In this document: positions 19,618 through 27,623 of the stretch, in pieces
How positions within the stretch are numbered: position 1 is the first letter of the stretch
How the letters are laid out: every line of letters starts with the position of its first letter
DNA from: Pseudomonas aeruginosa
GTDB lineage: Bacteria; Pseudomonadota; Gammaproteobacteria; Pseudomonadales; Pseudomonadaceae
Reading direction: 5' to 3'
DNA: 32,000 nt
Assembly (NCBI RefSeq): GCF_001457615.1
Contig: NZ_LN831024.1
Span: 3,390,001-3,422,000, forward strand
Notes under the pieces: model-generated
The model's input: only the letters and a program-made list of their open reading frames with translations
Databases searched by the model: none
Told to the model about the DNA's origin: nothing
Translations under genes and position numbers: made by a program

Positions 19618-21578
19618 CAGAAGCTCGCCACCAGGCCGAGATGGAAGGTCCGCCCAGGTTCGGCATAGGTGAAGTGCGTGTCGTCGTCGGCCAGGCGCTG
19701 GTCGCCAAGGTTCTCGATGCCGCCGCGCAGCGTCAGGTTCTCGCTGAGTTTCTGGCTCAGCTCCAGGTGCCACAGGCTGTAGGCCGGCAAGGCGTAGCCG
19801 ACGTTGCTGCTGTAGGCCACCTGGCTGCCGACGTATTCGGTGCGCAACTGGGCGCTGAAGCGGGCATTGGGGCTCCAGCGCAATTGGCTGTTGGCGAGGT
19901 GCCGGGAGCGATCGCCGAGGCGCTGGCCGGCGGTGCGGTTGCGCGCGTCGAGGTAGGTGTAGTTGAGTTCCCAGCGCAGGTCCGCCGGCAGGTCCACGCC
20001 GCCGCCCAGCTCGAGGCCGCGGATCCGTGCCCTGTCGACGTTCTCGTAGTTGCGTATCTCGCCGCCGCGCACCCCGCAGCGCGCTACGCAGACGGTCTGG
20101 ATCAGGTCGCGGACATCGTTCTCGAACACCGTGCCCTTCAGCGACCAGCCATCGCCCTGGTAGTCGGCGCCCAGTTCGTAGGACGTATTGGTCTCCGGCT
20201 TCAGGTCGGGATTGCCGTAGATGGTGAAGCGCCCGCCGCCACCGACCGCCGCATACTCCGGCGATAGCTGCTTCAGGCTCGGCGCCTTGTAGCCGCGGCC
20301 GACGCCGGCGCGCAGGGTCAGCGCATCGGAAAGGTGGTGCAGCAGGTACAGGCGCGGACTGCTTTCCCAGCCGAACGCCTCGTGCTTGTCGAAGCGGCTG
20401 CCGAGGGTCAGCGACCAGTCCGGGCCGAAGGCGATCTCGTCCTGCAGGAACAGCGCCTTGTGTCGCGCGCTGGCGTCGCCGGCGGTATTCACCGAGCGAT
20501 CCTCCAGTTCTTCCTTGCGCCATTCGCCGCCGAGGGTGAAGAGATGTCGCTCGAAGGCCGGCACGCTGAGGTGGCCGTCGACCACGCTGTCGGTAAGGCG
20601 CTGCGGGTTGCTCGGCGGTTGTCCGTCGGAACGCGCGTTGTGCCGCTCCAGGCGGTTGCGGTAGGTGCGCAGCTGGCTGCTGCCCCAGTCCCACTGGCCA
20701 TTGTGGGCGAGCGACCAGCGCTCGCGTTCGATCACGTCGCGCGACTCGTAGTAGCGCGAGCGCGACCCTCCGGTCTCGCTGTTGCGCCAGCGTCGTTCGC
20801 GCCCGCGCTGGTGGCCGAGGTCGATGCGCTGGGCGTCGTCCGGGGTCCAACTGAGGTTCAGCCCACCGCTGTCGGCGTTGCCGCCTTCCAGCTCGGAGAG
20901 TCGGCGCTCATCGGCGTCCGGGGTTTCCTGCTGGCGGCGGCTCTCGCCGTTCAGGGCGAGGCCCAGCTTGCCGGGCACCAGCGGCCCGGCGAGATAGGCG
21001 CCGAGCTGGTGGCTCTGCCCGCCGAGGCCGTCCTCGCGCACGCCGCCATCGAGCAGACCGCTACCCGTCCAGGTATCGGTGGCGCGCCGGGTGATCACGT
21101 TCACCACCCCGCCGAGGGCTTCCGAACCGTAGAGCGAGGACATCGGTCCGCGTACCACCTCGATACGCTCGATGCTCTCCACCGGCACCCAGCCGAGGTC
21201 GAAGTCGGAATGGGCGATGGCCCCGGACGAGGTGGAGATCCGCTGGCCGTCCACCAGCACCAGGGTGTGCTCGCTGGACATGCCGCGAACGCTGATGCCC
21301 CGCCGGGACATGCCGACGCCGTTGAACTGCAGGCTTTCCGAACCGCGCAGGGCTTCCTGCAGGTCGCGCACCGGGCGCCGCCGCAGGTCCTCGGCGGTGA
21401 TCAGCGAAACGCTGGCCGGGGCGTCGCGCAGCTTGCGCTCGGTAGTGGTGGCGCTGACCACGGTCGGCTCCAGGTCGACCGGCGCGGCCAGCGCCAGGCA
21501 GGGAAGCAGGTAGAGGAACGGCACGGCGCGGGCCAGCCGCAGCGGAGGAAGACGGTGCGGGGAGGAATGGGGGGTCAT
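19617..21578 (-). CDS. cirA: TonB-dependent outer-membrane receptor (CirA/FepA-like)
   Basis: Signal peptide, plug RDAPASVSLITAEDLRRRPVRDLQEALRG...GISVRGMSSEHTLVLVDGQRI...ERIEVVRGPMSSLYGSEALGGVVNVITRR; C-terminal GRTFHLGLVASF with aromatic residue. Confidence 0.95.
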   Translation of the reverse strand: MTPHSSPHRLPPLRLARAVPFLYLLPCLALAAPVDLEPTVVSATTTERKLRDAPASVSLITAEDLRRRPVRDLQEALRGSESLQFNGVGMSRRGISVRGMSSEHTLVLVDGQRISTSSGAIAHSDFDLGWVPVESIERIEVVRGPMSSLYGSEALGGVVNVITRRATDTWTGSGLLDGGVREDGLGGQSHQLGAYLAGPLVPGKLGLALNGESRRQQETPDADERRLSELEGGNADSGGLNLSWTPDDAQRIDLGHQRGRERRWRNSETGGSRSRYYESRDVIERERWSLAHNGQWDWGSSQLRTYRNRLERHNARSDGQPPSNPQRLTDSVVDGHLSVPAFERHLFTLGGEWRKEELEDRSVNTAGDASARHKALFLQDEIAFGPDWSLTLGSRFDKHEAFGWESSPRLYLLHHLSDALTLRAGVGRGYKAPSLKQLSPEYAAVGGGGRFTIYGNPDLKPETNTSYELGADYQGDGWSLKGTVFENDVRDLIQTVCVARCGVRGGEIRNYENVDRARIRGLELGGGVDLPADLRWELNYTYLDARNRTAGQRLGDRSRHLANSQLRWSPNARFSAQLRTEYVGSQVAYSSNVGYALPAYSLWHLELSQKLSENLTLRGGIENLGDQRLADDDTHFTYAEPGRTFHLGLVASF

Positions 21579-21610
21579 GGTCGGCAGGTATGAATTATGA
21601 ATATTTATAA

Positions 21611-21623
21611 GTTATAACATAAC
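21611..21623. promoter_or_regulatory. Zur-box-like palindrome GTTATAACATAAC in the divergent promoter region
   Basis: Read directly; matches gammaproteobacterial Zur core GTTATANTATAAC with one mismatch and continues into ATTTTC on the right. Confidence 0.8.
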
Positions 21624-21745
21624 ATTTTCTCGAATGAAGAATGCCCGCCGTTTCTTCTTCGTCGAGGCGAGGGAACGTCTCGCTCGCCGTATCCCTCGAA
21701 GCACAGGACCCCACTCTCAACCGGGCATGCCCCCCTGGAGGAAAG

Positions 21746-22555
21746 ATGACCGCAACCGAGCAGATCATGGCGCTCCTGGAACGCTGGGACCGCCAGCAGG
21801 AGGGCTACATCCGCCAGCGCGAGGAGCGCTACGAGGCGATGTTCCAGTTGCTCGAAGACCTCTTCGGCCGCGACGGGCGCTTCACCGCCATCGACGCCGC
21901 CTGCGGCCCGGGCTCCCTCGGCCGGCGCCTGCTCGAACGCTTCCCGGCGGCGCGGGTGGTGGCGCTGGACGCCGACGTCATGCTGCTGGAGATCGCGCGT
22001 ACGGCGCTGGCCGGTTTCGCCGAGCGGGTCCGCGTGGTGGAGTGCGACCTCACCGATCCAGGCTGGACCGAACGGGTCGCCGAAGCGCGCGAGTCCCTCG
22101 CCGGCGAACGGCCCGCGGCGCTGCTCTCTTCCACCGCGTTGCACTGGCTGTCGCCCGCCGAACTCGCCGGGTTCTACGCCCAGGCCGGCGAGCTGCTCGC
22201 CCCCGGCGGCGTGCTGCTGAACGCCGACCACATGCGCTACGACCGACGCTGGCCGGGACTCGCGGAATTGTCCCGGAAGCACCGCGAGCGGGTCCTCCAG
22301 GCGTCCGTGGCCAGCGGCGCGGACAGTTGGGAAGACTGGTGGCAACGCGCCGCGCAGATCCCCCGGCTGGCCCCGCTGAAGGCGCAGCGCGACGCCCATT
22401 TCGCGCGGCGCCCGCTCAGGCGCGCCAGCGAAGACGAAGACTGCTCGCTCGATTTCCATCTCGCCGCCCTGCGCCAGGCGGGCTTCGCCGAGGCCGCCAC
22501 GGTCTGGCAGCAGTTGGACAACTACGTGGTCTTCGCCCGCCTCGCCCAGGCCTGA
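21746..22555 (+). CDS. class I SAM-dependent methyltransferase
   Basis: FTAIDAACGPGSLGRRLLERFPAARVVALDADVMLLEIA motif I region; LSSTALHWLSPAEL; SD GGAGGAAAG before ATG. Confidence 0.88.
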   Translation: MTATEQIMALLERWDRQQEGYIRQREERYEAMFQLLEDLFGRDGRFTAIDAACGPGSLGRRLLERFPAARVVALDADVMLLEIARTALAGFAERVRVVECDLTDPGWTERVAEARESLAGERPAALLSSTALHWLSPAELAGFYAQAGELLAPGGVLLNADHMRYDRRWPGLAELSRKHRERVLQASVASGADSWEDWWQRAAQIPRLAPLKAQRDAHFARRPLRRASEDEDCSLDFHLAALRQAGFAEAATVWQQLDNYVVFARLAQA

Positions 22556-22614
22556 TACGCCGTCACCCGGGCACGGGGAATACCTCCAATGGAACCCGGG
22601 CAATCCGCCGGACG

Positions 22615-22628
22615 TTGACGCAGATCAA
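22615..22628 (+). promoter_or_regulatory. Anr/Dnr (FNR-type) box TTGACGCAGATCAA upstream of nrdD
   Basis: Exact match to TTGAYNNNNATCAA. Confidence 0.8.
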
Positions 22629-22655
22629 CGACGGCTCGGCGTCGCTCGCCAGAAT

Positions 22656-22702
22656 CCACAACATCTTGTTGTTTTGAAAAATCAAAACACATCATGTTGT
22701 GG
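22656..22702 (+). promoter_or_regulatory. tandem NrdR-box-like sites flanking a 20-bp inverted repeat
   Basis: CCACAACATCTTGTTG (22656-22671) and ACACATCATGTTGTGG (22687-22702), about 11/16 and 12/16 to acaCwAtATaTwGtgt, 31 bp apart; TGTTTTGA-AAAA-TCAAAACA lies at 22670-22689. Confidence 0.65.
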
Positions 22703-22712
22703 AGAAGTTGAA

Positions 22713-24740
22713 ATGACCCAGCCCCGGAAGGCTACCTGGCCGGCCACCCTGCTCAAGCGCAACGGACGTGAAGTCCCTTTCGATCCCGGCAAGATCGAAC
22801 GCGCCATCGCCGCCGCCGGCCAGGCCACCGGCGAGTTCGACCCGCAGCAGGCGCAGGCGCTCGCCGAACGCGTGGTGGAACGCCTGCCGGAGCGCGCCTG
22901 CCTGGATATCGAACGGGTCCAGGACCTGGTCGAACGGGTGCTGATGGAGGCCGGCCACTACCCCACGGCGCGCGCCTACGTGGTCTACCGCGAACGCCAC
23001 GGCCGGCTGCGCCGCGAGCGCAAGACCCTGGTGGACGTCGCCGCGTCGATGAACGAATACCTGTCCCGCGAGGATTGGCGGGTGCGCGCCAACGCCAACC
23101 AGGGCTATTCCCTCGGCGGGCTGATCCTCAACGTATCCGGCAAGGTCACCGCGAACTACTGGCTGGATGAGGTCTACGATGCCGACATCGCCGCCGCCCA
23201 CCGCGACGCCGACCTGCATATCCACGACCTCGACATGCTCGCCGGCTATTGCGCCGGCTGGTCGCTGCGCACCTTGCTGAACGAAGGCCTGAACGGCGTG
23301 CCGGGGCGGGTCGAGGCCGGTCCGCCGAAGCACCTGGGCAGCGCCCTGGGGCAGATGGTCAACTTCCTCGGCACCCTGCAGAACGAGTGGGCCGGGGCCC
23401 AGGCCTTCAGCTCCTTCGATACCTACCTGGCGCCCTACGTGCGCAAGGACCGCCTCGACTACGCCAACGTACGCCAGGCCCTCCAGGAGTTCATCTACAA
23501 CCTCAACGTGCCGTCGCGCTGGGGCACCCAGACGCCCTTCACCAACCTGACCTTCGACTGGGTCTGCCCGGACGACCTGCGCGACCAGGTGCCGCGCATC
23601 GGCGGCGAGGAGATGCCCTTCGCCTACGGCGAGCTGCAGGCCGAGATGGACCTGATCAACCGCGCCTACATCGAGGTGATGCAGGCCGGCGATGCCCACG
23701 GCCGGGTATTCACCTTCCCGATCCCGACCTACAACATCACCCACGACTTCCCCTGGGACAGCGACAACGCCACGCGCCTGTTCGAGATGACCGCGCGCTA
23801 CGGCCTGCCCTACTTCCAGAACTTCCTCAACTCGGACATGCAGCCCAACCAGGTGCGCTCGATGTGCTGCCGCCTGCAACTGGACGTGCGCGAACTGCTC
23901 AAGCGTGGCAACGGCCTGTTCGGCTCGGCGGAGCAGACCGGCTCGCTGGGCGTGGTGACGATCAACTGCGCGCGCCTGGGCTATCGCCACCGTGGCGACG
24001 CCGCCGGCCTCTACCGCCAGCTCGACCACCTGCTCGAACTCGCCTTCGCCAGCCTGGAGCTGAAGCGCAAGGTGATCCAGCAGCACATGGATGCCGGCCT
24101 CTATCCCTACACCCGACGCTACCTGGGTACCCTGCGCAACCATTTCTCCACCATCGGCGTGAACGGCCTGCACGAGATGGTGCGCAACTTCAGCGACGAC
24201 CGCGAGGGACTGCACAGCGAAGCCGGGCGCGAGATGGCCCTGGCCCTGCTCGATCACGTGCGCGCGCGGCTGGTGGGTTTCCAGGAGGACAGCGGGCACC
24301 TCTACAACCTGGAAGCCACGCCCGCCGAGGGCACCACCTATCGCTTCGCCCGCGAGGACCGCAAGCGCTATCCGCGCATCCTCCAGGCCGGCACGCCGGA
24401 GGCGCCCTACTACACCAACTCCTCGCAACTGCCGGTGGGCTTCACCGACGACCCGTTCGAGGCACTGGAGCTGCAGGACGCCCTGCAATGCAAGTACACC
24501 GGCGGCACCGTGCTGCATCTCTACATGGCCGAGCGGATTTCCTCCGCCGAAGCCTGCAAGACCCTGGTGCGCACCGCCCTCGGTCGCTTCCGCCTGCCGT
24601 ACCTGACCGTCACCCCCACCTTCTCGATCTGCCCGCGGCACGGCTACCTGGCCGGCGAGCACGAGTTCTGCCCGAAGTGCGACGAGGAGCTGCTGCAACG
24701 CTCCACGCCCAAGAGCTGTTGCGGCGGCTGCGGCGGTTGA
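22713..24740 (+). CDS. nrdD: class III anaerobic ribonucleoside-triphosphate reductase large chain, without the C-terminal glycyl-radical motif
   Basis: ATP-cone VLKRNGREVPFDPGKIERAIAAAGQATG; VRSMCCRLQLDVREL; GVVTINCARLGYRH; YLTVTPTFSICPRHGYLAGEHEFCPKCDEELLQRSTPKSCCGGCGG*. Start at ATG 22713 (SD GGAG) preferred over 22674. Confidence 0.95.
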   Translation: MTQPRKATWPATLLKRNGREVPFDPGKIERAIAAAGQATGEFDPQQAQALAERVVERLPERACLDIERVQDLVERVLMEAGHYPTARAYVVYRERHGRLRRERKTLVDVAASMNEYLSREDWRVRANANQGYSLGGLILNVSGKVTANYWLDEVYDADIAAAHRDADLHIHDLDMLAGYCAGWSLRTLLNEGLNGVPGRVEAGPPKHLGSALGQMVNFLGTLQNEWAGAQAFSSFDTYLAPYVRKDRLDYANVRQALQEFIYNLNVPSRWGTQTPFTNLTFDWVCPDDLRDQVPRIGGEEMPFAYGELQAEMDLINRAYIEVMQAGDAHGRVFTFPIPTYNITHDFPWDSDNATRLFEMTARYGLPYFQNFLNSDMQPNQVRSMCCRLQLDVRELLKRGNGLFGSAEQTGSLGVVTINCARLGYRHRGDAAGLYRQLDHLLELAFASLELKRKVIQQHMDAGLYPYTRRYLGTLRNHFSTIGVNGLHEMVRNFSDDREGLHSEAGREMALALLDHVRARLVGFQEDSGHLYNLEATPAEGTTYRFAREDRKRYPRILQAGTPEAPYYTNSSQLPVGFTDDPFEALELQDALQCKYTGGTVLHLYMAERISSAEACKTLVRTALGRFRLPYLTVTPTFSICPRHGYLAGEHEFCPKCDEELLQRSTPKSCCGGCGG

Positions 24741-24783
24741 GTCGCCTGTCGTTCCTTTCATCCACCAGCAAGGAGTACCACCG

Positions 24784-24930
24784 ATGAACCCCAACCAGTT
24801 GCCCGAAGGCCAGCGCCAGCGCTGCGAAGTCTGGACCCGCGTGATGGGCTACCACCGTCCCGTGGCAGCGTTCAATGCCGGCAAGCAGTCCGAGCATCGC
24901 GAACGCCGCCATTTCCGCGAGACGCGATGA
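24784..24930 (+). CDS. 48-aa protein carrying the NrdD glycyl-radical-like motif RVMGYHRP
   Basis: MNPNQLPEGQRQRCEVWTRVMGYHRPVAAFNAGKQSEHRERRHFRETR; SD AAGGAG upstream; ATGA overlap with nrdG. Not listed in the supplied ORF track. Confidence 0.85.
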   Translation: MNPNQLPEGQRQRCEVWTRVMGYHRPVAAFNAGKQSEHRERRHFRETR

Positions 24931-25625
24931 GCGCCACGCTCAGGGTCGGGGGCCTGGTGCCCCTGACCACCCTCGACTACCCCGGCCTGCTCGCCTGCGT
25001 GCTGTTCTGCCAGGGCTGCGCCTGGCGCTGCCGCTACTGCCACAACCCGGAACTGATCGCGCCGCGCGGCGCGGAGGAAATCCCCTGGCCACGCCTGCTC
25101 GAATTCCTCCGCCGACGCCAGGGCCTGTTGCAGGCGGTGGTCTTCAGCGGCGGCGAGGCGACCCTGCAGGCGGCCCTCGGCGACGCCATGCGCACGGTCC
25201 GCGAACTGGGCTTCCGCGTCGGCCTGCACAGCGCCGGCATCAACCCCCGCGCCTTCGCCCGGGTGCTGGGGCAGAGCGACTGGGTGGGCTTCGACGTCAA
25301 GGCGCCGGCCGAGGACGTTGCCGCCATTACCGGCGTGGACGGCAGCGGCGCGGCCAACTGGCGCAGCCTGGAATACCTGCTGGACAGCGGCGTAGCCTAC
25401 GAATGCCGGACCACGGTGCACTGGGGCTTGTTCGATAGCGAACGCCTCTGGCGCCTGGCGACGCGCCTGCGCGGGATGGGGGTGGAGCGCTTCGCCGTAC
25501 AACTGGCGCGCCCGGCCCGCCAGCTCGATCCGCAGCTTCTCGCGAAGCCCGCGCCGCAGGGCGCTGCGCAGCTATGGCGAGAACTGGAAGAGCTGTTTCC
25601 CGCCTTCGAACTGCGCGACGCCTGA
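24927..25625 (+). CDS. nrdG: anaerobic ribonucleotide reductase activating radical-SAM protein
   Basis: LTTLDYPGLLACVLFCQGCAWRCRYCHNPELI (CxxxCxxC), VFSGGEATLQ. Confidence 0.92.
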   Translation: MSATLRVGGLVPLTTLDYPGLLACVLFCQGCAWRCRYCHNPELIAPRGAEEIPWPRLLEFLRRRQGLLQAVVFSGGEATLQAALGDAMRTVRELGFRVGLHSAGINPRAFARVLGQSDWVGFDVKAPAEDVAAITGVDGSGAANWRSLEYLLDSGVAYECRTTVHWGLFDSERLWRLATRLRGMGVERFAVQLARPARQLDPQLLAKPAPQGAAQLWRELEELFPAFELRDA

Positions 25626-25709
25626 GCCTCCGGTTCAGCGGCGCCGCTCGGGCCTGCCAGCTCGCTCGGACAGGGCGGGCAGTCCCGACCAGGCCTGCCC
25701 TTCACAAGA

Positions 25710-25727
25710 CTCATACGATCGTACGAG
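25710..25727. promoter_or_regulatory. near-perfect 18-bp palindrome CTCATACGATCGTACGAG upstream of the FAD-oxidoreductase gene
   Basis: 8/9 symmetric pairs; core TACGATCGTA; ends 91 nt before ATG 25819. Confidence 0.5.
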
Positions 25728-25818
25728 AGCACCTTCTCGATTCCTAGTTGCGTCCAATTGTCGCGGACGGCGCCGCTCGCCACCCTTGCTCCAGATTCAG
25801 CGACCCCGGACCCGCGCC

Positions 25819-27219
25819 ATGAAACTCACGCTCACCCCTCCCCTGACCCCCAGCCACTGGATGCGCTCGACCGACCTGGCCGACGCCGCCAGCGCCCCCC
25901 TCGTCGGCACCCACTCGGCGGACGTGGCGATAGTCGGCGGCGGTTTCGTCGGGCTCTGGACCGCCATCACCCTCAAGCAACTGGAGCCGGACGCACGGGT
26001 CCTGCTGCTGGAGCAGGACGTCTGCGGCGGCGGCGCTTCCGGCAGGAACGGTGGTTTCGTGATGTCCTGGTGGCCGAAGATCGGCACCTTGCTGGGCTTC
26101 TGCAACGAGGCACAGGCGCGCTTCCTTGGCGAAAGCGCGGAGCGGGCGATCCAGGAACTCGGGGAGTTCTGCGCGCGGCATGACATCGATGCGCACTTCC
26201 AGCAGAAGGGCTGGCTGTGGACCGCCACCACGGCGCACCACCTCGACGCCTGGAACGATACCCTCGCCGCCTGCGAACGGCTCGGCGTCAGTCCCTTCGA
26301 ACGCCTCGACGCCAGCGAAGTGGCACGCCGGACCGGTTCGCCGGTGCATCTCGCCGGGGTCTTCGAGCGCAGCAATGCCACCGTGCAACCAGCCTTGCTG
26401 GTGCAAGGCATGCGCCGCGTGGCGCTGGCCCTCGGCGTGGAAATCCACGAGCGCTGTGGCGTCAGCCAGATCGTTCCCGGCCAGCCGGCACAGCTGCTGA
26501 GCGCCGGGGCCCGGGTCCAGGCCAAGGCGGTGGTTCTCGCGACCAACGCCTGGTCGGCCGCCCTGCCCAGGCTCTCCAGGCTGATCGTGCCGGTGAACAG
26601 TTCCATCGCGGTTACCGAGGCGATACCGCAACGGCTGGAGCGAATCGGCTGGACCGGCGGGGAAGCCATCACCGACTCCCAACTGATGGTGGACTACTAC
26701 CGCACCACCCGCGACGGGCGCATCGCCTTCGGCAAGGGCACCGGCGCCATCAGCTACGGCTCGCGCATCGGCCGGGTATTCGACGTCGACCGGGAGAGCC
26801 TGGCCCTGACCGAGGCCGACTTCCGCCGCACCTATCCCTCGCTAGGCGACATCCCGCTGGTCGACGGCTGGTCCGGCCCCATCGACCGCACCTACGACAG
26901 CCTGCCGGTCTTCGGCCGCCTGCACGAGAACATCCACTACGGCATCGGCTGGAGCGGCAACGGCGTGGGACCGAGCCGCCTGGGCGGGCGGATCCTCGCC
27001 AGCCTCGCCCTCGGCCGCGACGACCCGTGGAGCCGTTGTCCGCTGGTAGAACGCCGCTGCCGGAGCTTCCCCCCCGAGCCGCTGCGCTACCTGGGCGGCT
27101 CCCTGGTGCGCAACGCCGTCCTGCGCAAGGAACGCGCGGAACTCGCCGGTACCGCGCCCTCGGCCACCGACCGCTTTCTCGCGCGCTTCGCCCCTGCCGG
27201 CCTTGAAGACAAATCCTGA
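25819..27219 (+). CDS. FAD-dependent oxidoreductase (DAO/OrdL-like)
   Basis: ADVAIVGGGFVGLWTAITLKQLEPDARVLLLEQDVCGGGASGRNGGFVMSWWPK; VLATNAWSAALPRLSRLIVPVNSSIAVTEAIP; YGIGWSGNGVGPSRLGG. Confidence 0.9.
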   Translation: MKLTLTPPLTPSHWMRSTDLADAASAPLVGTHSADVAIVGGGFVGLWTAITLKQLEPDARVLLLEQDVCGGGASGRNGGFVMSWWPKIGTLLGFCNEAQARFLGESAERAIQELGEFCARHDIDAHFQQKGWLWTATTAHHLDAWNDTLAACERLGVSPFERLDASEVARRTGSPVHLAGVFERSNATVQPALLVQGMRRVALALGVEIHERCGVSQIVPGQPAQLLSAGARVQAKAVVLATNAWSAALPRLSRLIVPVNSSIAVTEAIPQRLERIGWTGGEAITDSQLMVDYYRTTRDGRIAFGKGTGAISYGSRIGRVFDVDRESLALTEADFRRTYPSLGDIPLVDGWSGPIDRTYDSLPVFGRLHENIHYGIGWSGNGVGPSRLGGRILASLALGRDDPWSRCPLVERRCRSFPPEPLRYLGGSLVRNAVLRKERAELAGTAPSATDRFLARFAPAGLEDKS

Positions 27220-27231
27220 GGAGCCCATGGC

Positions 27232-27579
27232 ATGAACCCTTCGCTCATCCGTCTCGACGACGAAAGTCTTTTCACCTCGCCCACGCCCGTCGGCCAGCCC
27301 CTGGGCGAACCGGTAGCCCTGACCCGTACCGCGGCCCACCGCCCGCTCGCCGACGGCAACGGCGTGACCGGCATCTGGGAATGCACCCCGGGGCGCTTCC
27401 GCCGACAGGTCGAGCAGGCCGAGTACAGCTACATCGTCAGCGGTGAAGGTCGCTTCACCCCGGACGAGGGCCAGGCCGTGGAGTTTCGCGCCGGCGACGC
27501 ACTCTATTTCGCCGCTGCCACCCAGGGCACCTGGGACATCCGCCAAACCGTGCGCAAGACCTACCTGATCTTCGACTGA
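27232..27579 (+). CDS. cupin-domain protein (COG3450/DUF861 type)
   Basis: GIWECTPGRFRRQVEQAEYSYIVSGEGRFTPDEGQAVEFRAGDALYFAAATQGTWDIRQTVRKTYLIF. Confidence 0.85.
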   Translation: MNPSLIRLDDESLFTSPTPVGQPLGEPVALTRTAAHRPLADGNGVTGIWECTPGRFRRQVEQAEYSYIVSGEGRFTPDEGQAVEFRAGDALYFAAATQGTWDIRQTVRKTYLIFD

Positions 27580-27623
27580 CCCCGAAGAACCGAACTCCAC
27601 CGCCCTGACAGAGGAAACAAGAA

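Noticed and set aside
19617-20850. N-terminal extension of the CobN-like ORF to 20850
   Set aside because: Lies entirely over the TonB receptor in another frame; a signal-peptide start at 19617 with ATGA overlap is far more plausible.
22670-22689. Anr/FNR site reading of TTTTGAAAAATCAAAA
   Set aside because: Half-sites are spaced TTG-N6-CAA rather than TTG-N8-CAA; the true match is at 22615-22628.
22674-22712. Upstream ATG start for nrdD (MKNQNTSCCGEVE...)
   Set aside because: It lies in the inverted repeat/operator region; ATG 22713 has a GGAG SD and begins MTQPRKATWPATLLKRNG directly before the ATP cone.
22692-24794. 700-aa minus-strand and 512-aa plus-strand (23249..24787) ORFs
   Set aside because: Shadow frames of nrdD; the nrdD frame has the family motifs.
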